DNA of 64,000 nt from an uncultured Candidatus Woesearchaeota archaeon (GTDB lineage: Archaea; Nanobdellota; Nanobdellia; Woesearchaeales; UBA10107), in assembly GCA_963835585.1 (NCBI GenBank), contig CAWIGF010000001.1, positions 226,281 through 290,280 on the forward strand. The letters run 5' to 3'. Within the stretch, counting starts at the first letter, position 1. Each line of letters opens with the position of its first letter. Below, one piece after another: positions 1-8,020 of this stretch. Made by a program: the position numbers and the translations under genes. The notes beneath the pieces were generated by a model. It saw only the letters and a program-made list of their open reading frames with translations, ran no database searches and was not told the DNA's origin.

Positions 1-336
1 AAGGCAAATAGGGAACGCATCAACACCTGCAAATTCCTTGAATAATATCACTTTTCCTTCCATGACAGGCAATGCCGCTTCCGGACCAATGTTTCCAAGG
101 CCAAGCACCGCGCTTCCATCTGTCACTATGGCTACCATATTACCCTTTGAAGTGTAATCGTAAACCAGGTTCTTATCCTTTGCAATAACCATGGACGGCT
201 CTGCGACACCAGGAGTATATGCCAGACTTAAATCTTCCTTAGTTTTTAATTTCGGGAACTTACTAACCACAGCAATCTTTCCTTTGTACTCCTTGTGCAA
301 CGCAAGGGATCTTTTGCCTATTTCATCTGTGCTCAT
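1..336 (-). CDS. malic enzyme (NAD(P)-dependent), N-terminal fragment; gene continues beyond window start
   Basis: Minus-strand translation from an ATG (revcomp of 334-336) reads [47 protein letters not shown]..., the conserved N-terminus of malic enzymes. It is absent from the ORF track because it runs off the window. Confidence 0.6.
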   Translation of the reverse strand, partial: MSTDEIGKRSLALHKEYKGKIAVVSKFPKLKTKEDLSLAYTPGVAEPSMVIAKDKNLVYDYTSKGNMVAIVTDGSAVLGLGNIGPEAALPVMEGKVILFKEFAGVDAFPICL

Positions 337-361
337 TTTTTATCAAATATGATAAGAAATC

Positions 362-586
362 CTACCATTGCTTTTTCTCCATTACAAAATAATCGTCCTT
401 AATTTTCGGAGCGTTCTTGAATATCCGTTTCCTGAATTCAGATGAGCCCTCACATTCCTTTTTAGGAATCCTGACTTGTTTTTCCCGTTTCGCTCCAAAT
501 TTCTCGCTGACCTTGACCTTATCCAAAGCAGAAACGAATTCATCCATTATCTTTTTTGCCTGTCCTATAATTTCAGACTCATTCAT
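362..586 (-). CDS. small protein, possibly GatC-like subunit of Asp/Glu-tRNA amidotransferase
   Basis: 74 aa. The C-terminal FKNAPKIKDDYFVMEK resembles the GatC signature NAPxxxDGYxxVP. It overlaps the translin gene by 4 nt, so it is probably in the same operon. Confidence 0.4.
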   Translation of the reverse strand: MNESEIIGQAKKIMDEFVSALDKVKVSEKFGAKREKQVRIPKKECEGSSEFRKRIFKNAPKIKDDYFVMEKKQW

Positions 587-1155
587 TTTCGCAACTTGAC
601 CTGAGCAACTAATTCTTCTAATTTTTTGAGATCATATTTGATTCCATCATACTTTCTCCGCAAATCCCCATTTCTGAAATCAAACTGAGAAAGTTCCCAA
701 TATAATTCTTCTATGAATTCCTTGACATCCTGCGCGTTTTTGTAATCGCCTTCGATGACGCCATTGACGGCATTCCTCACTAATTCTCCTGACAAATCGC
801 AAAGACCCAATAAAAATGACTCCGCATCGACACCAATTTCTTTATGCGAAGGTATCTTTCCATTTTTGACATACTCATAATAGCAAATCGCCTCAACAAA
901 TTCCTGCAAAGCTATTCTTCTTGAGCCCGAATACTCGAGTTCCGAATCTTCAGAACTTTTGATTATGTTTTTTACCGATTTCTTTATTTCAGCAACAGCA
1001 CTTTCGGCTTCCTTCATATCTTTCCTATGGACAGAATAAATGACTTTTTTCGATAACCGAACGATTTCCCGCGACATTGCTATTATATTTTCGCGGACAG
1101 CGTCAAAAGACTCCATCTCCTTACGCATTTCTTCAAAATCCTTTTTATTTAGCAT
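583..1155 (-). CDS. translin family protein
   Basis: 190 aa. The C-terminal LRRKYDGIKYDLKKLEELV closely matches the eukaryotic translin C-terminal motif LRKRYDGLKYDVKKVEEVV. LLGLCDLSGELVR resembles the translin LxGxADLTGEL segment. Confidence 0.8.
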   Translation of the reverse strand: MLNKKDFEEMRKEMESFDAVRENIIAMSREIVRLSKKVIYSVHRKDMKEAESAVAEIKKSVKNIIKSSEDSELEYSGSRRIALQEFVEAICYYEYVKNGKIPSHKEIGVDAESFLLGLCDLSGELVRNAVNGVIEGDYKNAQDVKEFIEELYWELSQFDFRNGDLRRKYDGIKYDLKKLEELVAQVKLRK

Positions 1156-1228
1156 AGCTTAGATAAAAGCTGAATTTTTTAAAAACTTATGGGTCGAAAT
1201 CACATAACAGAGACGTTTTAAAGGCAAT

Positions 1229-1834
1229 GTGACGAAAGCTTTATATACACAACTTGCCCATTTAAAAACTATGACTGATAGTGTCCTGAGAGGTGTAATA
1301 GACTTCTTTAATAATTTAGGAATCTATGATGTTGTCCTCCCTTTTCTTCTCATATGGACCGTTGTATTTGCAATCCTAGAAAAGACAAAAATATTTGGAA
1401 CTGACAAAATAAATGGCCAGGAATATTCGAAAAAGAGCCTTAATGCAATGATTGCATTTGTCCTTGCACTGATATTTGTTGGTTCATCGCAATTGGTTGC
1501 TATAGCAAATCAAGCGCTTGCGAAAATAGTGCTTCTAATCTTAATCATCATCTGCTTCCTCATTTTGATTGGGACGTTTTTTGGAAAGGAGGAAGTAAAG
1601 TTAGACAAGGGACCATTACGAACTAGCGCAATAGTATTCATTGGAATTGGTGTTTTGCTCATCTTCGCATACCAAGTAGGCTGGTTGACTCCTTCTTGGA
1701 ATTACTTAGTTGACAATTGGAACGGGACGGTAGTCGGTGCGATTGGACTCATCCTTTTCATAATCATATTCATGGCGTTCATAACGAGCGAACCAAAAAA
1801 AAGTGAATCTGAACCAAAAAGAGAGGGAGGCTAA
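1229..1834 (+). CDS. multi-pass membrane protein, paralog family member A (IG-x-D-x-LPF-LI-x-V N-terminal motif)
   Basis: 201 aa with about 4 predicted TM helices. The N-terminal GVIDFFNNLGIYDVVLPFLLIWTVVFAILEKTKIF is shared with the next two genes and with 27549-28295. Confidence 0.55.
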   Translation: MTKALYTQLAHLKTMTDSVLRGVIDFFNNLGIYDVVLPFLLIWTVVFAILEKTKIFGTDKINGQEYSKKSLNAMIAFVLALIFVGSSQLVAIANQALAKIVLLILIIICFLILIGTFFGKEEVKLDKGPLRTSAIVFIGIGVLLIFAYQVGWLTPSWNYLVDNWNGTVVGAIGLILFIIIFMAFITSEPKKSESEPKREGG

Positions 1835-1837
1835 ACA

Positions 1838-2458
1838 ATGGCATTAGAAGATATATTCGTTTCATTGCAGAACATAGGAGTGGCTGATGTGTTTCTCCCA
1901 TTCATTCTCATATTCGCTGTAATCTTTGCGTTATTGCAGAAGATAAATATTTTTTCAGAGAAAGTAACTGTTAGTGGCAGAGAAGAAACAAGAGGAAATA
2001 GAAAAATAAATTCAGTCATTGCATTTGCAATCGCATTGGGAGCAATAATACCTCACGAACTCGGAACTTATCCAGCGGGAGCAGATGTCATCACAATCAT
2101 AAACAGCGCGCTTCCAAATGTTGCACTACTGGTTGTTGCAATAATAGCAATAGTGATATCTGTTGGATTCTTCGGTATAAATTGGGACACAGAAAAAGAA
2201 GGTTTGACTTTTGGCAAGGTTATTTCATATATCTTGGCAATAATAGCAGTAATAATTGTAATTGGTATTTTCTTGAATTCAATCGGCGCATGGAATTTCT
2301 CGGGATACCTTTACTTCATGACTGATCCTAATTTCCAGGCTACAGCACTGATTGTAATAGTTTTCATAGGAATTGTATGGATTATCGTGGGTGGCGGAGA
2401 TAAAGCTGGAACTCCCCCTCCAACGAACGCTGGAAATCCAGGGCAACCACCACACTGA
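1838..2458 (+). CDS. multi-pass membrane protein, paralog family member B
   Basis: 206 aa. LQNIGVADVFLPFILIFAVIFALLQKINIF matches the motif of its tandem neighbours. Gly/Pro-rich C-terminal tail. Confidence 0.55.
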   Translation: MALEDIFVSLQNIGVADVFLPFILIFAVIFALLQKINIFSEKVTVSGREETRGNRKINSVIAFAIALGAIIPHELGTYPAGADVITIINSALPNVALLVVAIIAIVISVGFFGINWDTEKEGLTFGKVISYILAIIAVIIVIGIFLNSIGAWNFSGYLYFMTDPNFQATALIVIVFIGIVWIIVGGGDKAGTPPPTNAGNPGQPPH

Positions 2459-2486
2459 TGAGAAAAACAATTAAATAGGGAGAAAA

Positions 2487-3029
2487 ATGGCAACATTCCT
2501 TGATGCGGGGTTGATAAGTCACTTCAACACACTGTTTGTTTTTATTTTTGTTGTTTTTGTAATGTATGGCATTCTTTCCATGACTCCTTTGTTCAAGAAC
2601 GCTTTCATTAACGCTGTGATTGCGACTATTTTAGGATTATTATCAGCTACATCAGGAACAGTCATCGCGGTATTTTCGTATGCTGCTCCATGGCTTGTGC
2701 TTTTATTCATTATCATAGTAGTGCTACAGCTCATCATGATGTTCCTGGTTCCAGGTGCTCCAACTATATTATCGACAAATCCAAGCGAAGAACCAACTTT
2801 CATTATTATCTTGATTCTTTTAATCTTGATAATATTCATATTCTCCATCGGACAAGTTTCAAACGAGAGTAATCAGACAACGACATCCACAACGGGACAA
2901 ATAGCCCAGCAAGGGACATCATTCGCAGGAAATGTCGGGCAAATAATCAGAGAACCTGCTGTGCTTGGATCACTTTTCGTGCTGTTAATGGCAGTATTTG
3001 CAGTACTTTTGTTGGCTCGTAAAGACTAG
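2487..3029 (+). CDS. multi-pass membrane protein, paralog family member C (diverged)
   Basis: 180 aa, hydrophobic, tandem with members A and B. Weaker N-terminal motif (ISHFNTLFVFIFVVFVMYGIL). Confidence 0.45.
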   Translation: MATFLDAGLISHFNTLFVFIFVVFVMYGILSMTPLFKNAFINAVIATILGLLSATSGTVIAVFSYAAPWLVLLFIIIVVLQLIMMFLVPGAPTILSTNPSEEPTFIIILILLILIIFIFSIGQVSNESNQTTTSTTGQIAQQGTSFAGNVGQIIREPAVLGSLFVLLMAVFAVLLLARKD

Positions 3030-3037
3030 CAAAGAAT

Positions 3038-3622
3038 TCACTTTCTTTTCATCGTTTCAGTAATGCGAGAAAGCTCGTTGACGTTTTCAACAAATCCAGG
3101 CAATATTCTTTTGAAGACTTGCTCCAAAGCCTTAATATCTGTAGACACTTCCCGCATGGTCGTGTCAGAATCGTTGATTCGTCCAAGTATGCTTTTTTGA
3201 AGAACATCAAAATCAGACTTGATTGATTTTATTTGGTCATCCATTGAAGTAAGCTTTGTATCAACTGATGACTTCCATTCAACTATTTTGTTTACATGCT
3301 CTATCAAATCACTCCATTTCTCCTCAATAATTGATTCTGCAATCTCTTCGATTCGGTCGGAAGAGACCGTATTATTTTGCACTTGTTGCGGCGCCATTGT
3401 GGGAGAAGGCATTTGATTGTCGTATGTATAAGACGAGGCTACTCCGTAATCAGCGGCCTGTTGGCCGTCATCAACAGCTGGTGTAATGTCCGCCTGAGAG
3501 ATGGCATCAAAGACCTGCGCGTTGCTATATCCTTGATACAAAAGTCTTTGTGCGATGTCGTCATTGGTTAAGTTCTGAGAACGCAATTGCAAGATTTGAT
3601 TTATGAGTGCTTGGTCAGCCAT
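3038..3622 (-). CDS. coiled-coil protein with N-terminal short helical (SHOCT/UBA-like) motif; possible pilus/archaellum accessory protein
   Basis: 194 aa. The N-terminal LINQILQLRSQNLTNDDIAQRLLYQGYSNAQVFDAI motif is followed by a Gln/Ala/Pro linker and a long heptad-like C-terminal segment. It lies divergent from the FlaI/FlaJ-like genes. Confidence 0.45.
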   Translation of the reverse strand: MADQALINQILQLRSQNLTNDDIAQRLLYQGYSNAQVFDAISQADITPAVDDGQQAADYGVASSYTYDNQMPSPTMAPQQVQNNTVSSDRIEEIAESIIEEKWSDLIEHVNKIVEWKSSVDTKLTSMDDQIKSIKSDFDVLQKSILGRINDSDTTMREVSTDIKALEQVFKRILPGFVENVNELSRITETMKRK

Positions 3623-3663
3623 TGCTTAAGAATAACAAAAAGGACTTTTTAAAGCTTTCTCAT

Positions 3664-4089
3664 TCATGCCTTTCGTTCAGAAAGCATTTTGTTGAGCTCT
3701 TCATGCGTCACAAAGCTAAGCGGCTCCCAATAACTTATGTATTTCTGCAAAACATTAACCTCTTCTTTCGTTGCAGATAATTTCAATTCCTTTACAAACA
3801 TCGTCATCTTCTCCTTAATGTCATTGATGTCTGTTTTCAAATCGAGAATCTCTGAATTGATCAGGCGAATATCGTCAATGATTTTCTTATCATTGGATAT
3901 CATGTTCTGCTCAGAAACTTGGACGGTTTTACGCAGAGTTGTGTAGCGGTCATCCAATGTCTTCAATGATCTGCTCACATTGCTGACTTGCGCGGCAACA
4001 TCAGAAACAATATTGGGGCTTACTTCCTCTTTACCTCCAAAAATATTTTTTTTCTGATCGACTTTTGGAGCTTGCGGTTGATCTGACAT
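3664..4089 (-). CDS. coiled-coil protein (FlaC/D/E-like accessory candidate)
   Basis: 141 aa, predominantly helical/heptad (LKTLDDRYTTLRKTVQVSEQNM...ILDLKTDINDIKEKM). It is co-oriented with 3038-3622 and upstream and divergent from the ATPase gene. Confidence 0.4.
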   Translation of the reverse strand: MSDQPQAPKVDQKKNIFGGKEEVSPNIVSDVAAQVSNVSRSLKTLDDRYTTLRKTVQVSEQNMISNDKKIIDDIRLINSEILDLKTDINDIKEKMTMFVKELKLSATKEEVNVLQKYISYWEPLSFVTHEELNKMLSERKA

Positions 4090-4201
4090 AGTACAATGTA
4101 TTGACCCTAATCTTTATATATGTTGTAATGATTATTTCATTTAAATAGAGGCGACTATATAATAATTTGTTGCTATAAAGTAGTGGTATAAAAAGGGCAG
4201 T

Positions 4202-7200
4202 GTGGCGGACGAAAATCAATACGAAGTTTTACATGAAGGAGAGGAGACTATCCTCCGCATAAATGCGGAAAACTGGCTGACAGTCCCATCGCTGGAAGAT
4301 GATCCCATCACCATGTCTAGGACCATGGATATGCTTCTTGAGATTTCACAGGCAACGAGAATTATATTCACTCAGAAAAGAGATTATGAATATGATTTCC
4401 CCCAGACAAGGATGGTTGCCGAAATTGCATTATTGTACAACAAGCTCATTAAGGAAAAGGACATAATCAATTACGAGCAACTTGACGTAGAGCATGGAGA
4501 AATGTTTCTAGGAGCAAGCTACGTGAAACTAAGAACGTTGCTGTTTACCATGATGAAATCAGATCCTCTTGGATGTTACGTCGAACTAACACGTATGCTA
4601 AGGGAAGAGAGAACGAGTCTTGAAAAAGTCCAGGACATAAGAGCGGCACCGTATCAACAACGCCTAATCAGGGTTCTTGTGTACGCCATTAACCTCTTTG
4701 ACAAAACAAAAATGATAATTCTTGCAAAACCATATCTCCCGGGCTACAAAGTGGGAGACAGGGATGTTTACAAAAAACTATTTTCTCCGTTAATCAAGCC
4801 TGATTTCATGTATACGAAATTGATGGCATCTTATCCTATAGATGGTGAAGAGCTCGACAATTATTCAATGGGAAGCACAGAGGTAACCATATTCAAGACA
4901 CCAGATACGATACAATATCTATACCACATTAGTCCGCCTGAATTCAGGCTAAGCGAAGATAATTATGAATTGTTGGATCTGGCAAGAAGAATCATGGCCG
5001 AGCACCAGCCAGCAAAGGAAGAGTTCGCAGATCCAGAGCATATGAGAGAGGTGTTCTACAATGTTGGAAGGGATCTGCTCGAAGAGCTCGCAAATTATAG
5101 AAACTTACGACTAAGTGATGAAGAGCTTAATGAATTGACAGCTATTCTTGTGCGGTACACCATTGGATTCGGGCTGATAGAGGTGCTATTAAGTGATGAT
5201 AAAATACAAGATGTAACCATCAATAGCCCAATGGGACACGTTCCCATGTTTGTCGTTCATTCCGAATGGGGAGAATGCACCACCAATATAATTCCCACTC
5301 CAGCGGAAGCAGAGAGCTGGGCATCGAAGCTGCGATTAATGTCGGCAAGACCATTGGACGAAGCAAATCCAATCCTTGACACGGAAATTGAGTTCCCGGG
5401 AGCGAGAGCGAGAGTTGGTGTCATCGCACCGCCACTGGATCCATCTGGACTGGGTTATGCATTCAGACGACATAGAGATGAACCATGGACATTGCCCTTG
5501 TTCGTGAAAAACAAAATGATAAATCCGCTTGCCGCAGGACTTCTTAGTTTCATCATCGATGGAAACAGGACAATTCTTGTCGCAGGAACACGAAGTTCGG
5601 GTAAGACATCGTTGCTCGGCGCAATACTCACATCAATATTAAGGAGATTCAGAATAATTACAATAGAGGACAGTGTCACAGGAGATTCTGAGCTACTCAT
5701 TAAAAAAAACAATGAGTTTAGAAGAACAACGATTGGAAAATTGATTGATGAAGCATTCGAAAAATACAAAGGCACAATTGCCACCACAGGCTATGAAGTC
5801 CTGCCAAATATAGAAAATATCGAGGTTCTTGCGATGGATAAGAAAGGAAAGATATGCATTGCGAAGCCAAGCAAACTCATAAGACACAGGGTCTCGAAAC
5901 ATATATACAAAATCAAAACCAGGACTGGAAGAGCTATTAAAGTCACAGGAGATCACTCGCTCTTTTCGATAGGAAAAGATGCTTCAATAGAAGAAGTAAA
6001 AGTGCGTGAACTCGCTATTGGAGATAGAATTGCCATTCCACGAGTGTTACCAATGTTGAACAAAAAAAAGGAGAATATATCGCTGTTTGATAAAGTAGTG
6101 GAAAACAAAGATTCCTTCATTTCTGGAAAAACAACAACAAAAATATTGAACGACGATTTCGACAAGGTTCTTTCTATTGGACTTGCACAAGGCTATTCAA
6201 AGCAAACCGTACGAGGATGGAAAAGAAGAAATGTACTTCCCTCAAGAATAGTCAAAAAAATGATTGTAATGAAACACTCGCTTGATTTTAGGGGTGACTA
6301 TTTCAAATATGGGGAAAATTCCATCAAGAAACTGCCGCTGACGCTTTCATTGAGCCAAGAGCTGTTGACATTTTTCGGACTGTGGATTGCAGACGGTTGC
6401 TATGACAAAAATTCTGTGATCATATCGTGCAATGACCCAGAGGATAGAAGAGTTGTCTCCAATATCGCAAAAAAACTCGGATTGCACATCAAACTGCACT
6501 CAGACGGCATCTCATACATGATAAACTCCAAAACGCTGAAAATTGTGATGCAAGATATTTTGAGATTTACAGGAAATGCCTACACTAAAAGAGTTCCTGA
6601 GTGGATATTCGGGCTGAGCACGGAGCAGATTGCAGCGTTTCTAAAGGGCATATTTAGTGGGGATGGCTGTGCCACAGATAAGGAGATAATGATCAACCTC
6701 GCAGGCGAAGAGCTGCTAAAAGACATGCAAACACTCCTGTTACTATTTAAAATCATGTTGAGAACAGGAAAAAGGATCAAAAGAGATGGAACCATTCGTG
6801 CTGCAATTTCAGCGTTGGACTCATTGCAGAACTTCTCAGAACACATAGGATTTTTGCAACAATATAAAACAAAAAATCTCAGAAAATCTTGCAAGAGAAT
6901 TTCAACTCACGATACTACAGATACTTTCATCTTTAACGAGGATGTCAAAAACAAATTGTCAGAAATGTTCAAAGAACATTTTAGCAGAAGTGATTACATA
7001 ACAAAAGGCAATGCCATAGGAAGAAAAAAACTTTCCGTGCTGTTGCCGAAGAAATCAGGAAGCAGACTACTTGAAAACCTAACTATACTCGTTAATTCGG
7101 ATGTGATTTTCGATGAAATCATCGAAATTAAACGCCTTAAAAAATCGAATGAGTATGTATATGATTTTTCTGTTCCGGGATGCGAGAGTTTCATATGCGA

Positions 7201-8020
7201 AAATATTGTTGCACACAATACGCTCGAACTGCCTGGGAAAGCTATGAGGGACCTTGGCTATAACATACAGCAGATGAAAGTGGCATCTGCATTATCAAAA
7301 GGAAGCTCGGAAGTCTCTGCAGATGAAGGAATCAGAACAACATTGCGTCTTGGAGATTCCGCATTGTTTGTCGGCGAAATCCGTTCCTTAGAGGCAAAGG
7401 CGTTATACGAAGCCATGCGAGTCGGTGCATTGGCAAACGTCGTCGCAGGAACAATCCATGGCGACTCGCCATATGGTGTCTTTGATAGAGTCGTCAACGA
7501 TCTTGAAGTACCGCGGACAAGCTTCAAGGCAACAGACATAATCATCGTCGCAAATCCTATCCGTTCTCCTGATGGATTGCACAAGTGGAGACGGGTAACA
7601 TCAATAACAGAAGTGCGAAAATACTGGACTGATGATCCTGTTGCAGAGCACGGTTTTGCCGAGTTGATGAGATATGATGCCGAAACAGATCAGTTAGTTC
7701 CGACTGATATTTTGATTAATGGTGAGTCTGAAATTATAAAAGCCGTAGCAAGCAATGTGAAGGAGTGGGCAGGGAACTGGGATGCTGTATGGGAAAACAT
7801 TGAGTTGCGGGCTAAAATAAGTGAGGCAATTGTTAAATATGCACGGCAAACTAATGATCCGAACATTCTTGAGGCTGAGTTCTCAATTCTTGCAAACGAT
7901 GAGTTCCACAAGATATCAGAACAGGTGCGTGATGAATTGGGAGAACTTGACACAAAGCAGATATTCTTCAGATGGAATGAATGGATGAAAACAATGATAA
8001 AGAAAAGAGGAAAGGAATGA
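4202..8020 (+). CDS. FlaI/VirB11/GspE-family secretion ATPase (type IV pilus or archaellum assembly ATPase), intein-containing
   Basis: Walker A motif VAGTRSSGKTSLLGAIL. The IITIED / TLELPG split reconstitutes the family-specific IEDTxEL motif once 516 aa are removed. A GTG start is inferred at 4202. The mature extein is about 756 aa and includes a long N-terminal extension. Confidence 0.8.
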   Translation: MADENQYEVLHEGEETILRINAENWLTVPSLEDDPITMSRTMDMLLEISQATRIIFTQKRDYEYDFPQTRMVAEIALLYNKLIKEKDIINYEQLDVEHGEMFLGASYVKLRTLLFTMMKSDPLGCYVELTRMLREERTSLEKVQDIRAAPYQQRLIRVLVYAINLFDKTKMIILAKPYLPGYKVGDRDVYKKLFSPLIKPDFMYTKLMASYPIDGEELDNYSMGSTEVTIFKTPDTIQYLYHISPPEFRLSEDNYELLDLARRIMAEHQPAKEEFADPEHMREVFYNVGRDLLEELANYRNLRLSDEELNELTAILVRYTIGFGLIEVLLSDDKIQDVTINSPMGHVPMFVVHSEWGECTTNIIPTPAEAESWASKLRLMSARPLDEANPILDTEIEFPGARARVGVIAPPLDPSGLGYAFRRHRDEPWTLPLFVKNKMINPLAAGLLSFIIDGNRTILVAGTRSSGKTSLLGAILTSILRRFRIITIEDSVTGDSELLIKKNNEFRRTTIGKLIDEAFEKYKGTIATTGYEVLPNIENIEVLAMDKKGKICIAKPSKLIRHRVSKHIYKIKTRTGRAIKVTGDHSLFSIGKDASIEEVKVRELAIGDRIAIPRVLPMLNKKKENISLFDKVVENKDSFISGKTTTKILNDDFDKVLSIGLAQGYSKQTVRGWKRRNVLPSRIVKKMIVMKHSLDFRGDYFKYGENSIKKLPLTLSLSQELLTFFGLWIADGCYDKNSVIISCNDPEDRRVVSNIAKKLGLHIKLHSDGISYMINSKTLKIVMQDILRFTGNAYTKRVPEWIFGLSTEQIAAFLKGIFSGDGCATDKEIMINLAGEELLKDMQTLLLLFKIMLRTGKRIKRDGTIRAAISALDSLQNFSEHIGFLQQYKTKNLRKSCKRISTHDTTDTFIFNEDVKNKLSEMFKEHFSRSDYITKGNAIGRKKLSVLLPKKSGSRLLENLTILVNSDVIFDEIIEIKRLKKSNEYVYDFSVPGCESFICENIVAHNTLELPGKAMRDLGYNIQQMKVASALSKGSSEVSADEGIRTTLRLGDSALFVGEIRSLEAKALYEAMRVGALANVVAGTIHGDSPYGVFDRVVNDLEVPRTSFKATDIIIVANPIRSPDGLHKWRRVTSITEVRKYWTDDPVAEHGFAELMRYDAETDQLVPTDILINGESEIIKAVASNVKEWAGNWDAVWENIELRAKISEAIVKYARQTNDPNILEAEFSILANDEFHKISEQVRDELGELDTKQIFFRWNEWMKTMIKKRGKE
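5672..7219 (+). mobile_element. intein (516 aa) with LAGLIDADG homing endonuclease domain inserted in the ATPase P-loop/IEDTxEL region
   Basis: It begins SVTGDSELLI (Hint block A, Ser1) and ends IVAHN followed by T+1. Two LAGLIDADG-type motifs are present: LTFFGLWIADGCY and IAAFLKGIFSGDGCA. Confidence 0.8.

Noticed and set aside
5455-7953. Multiple minus-strand ORFs of 70-110 aa inside the FlaI/intein gene (5455-5787, 5693-5956, 6580-6894, 7258-7584, 7690-7953)
   Set aside because: They are antisense to a strongly supported long CDS. Their products are low-complexity and hydrophobic with no motifs. They are typical shadow ORFs of an AT-rich coding strand.
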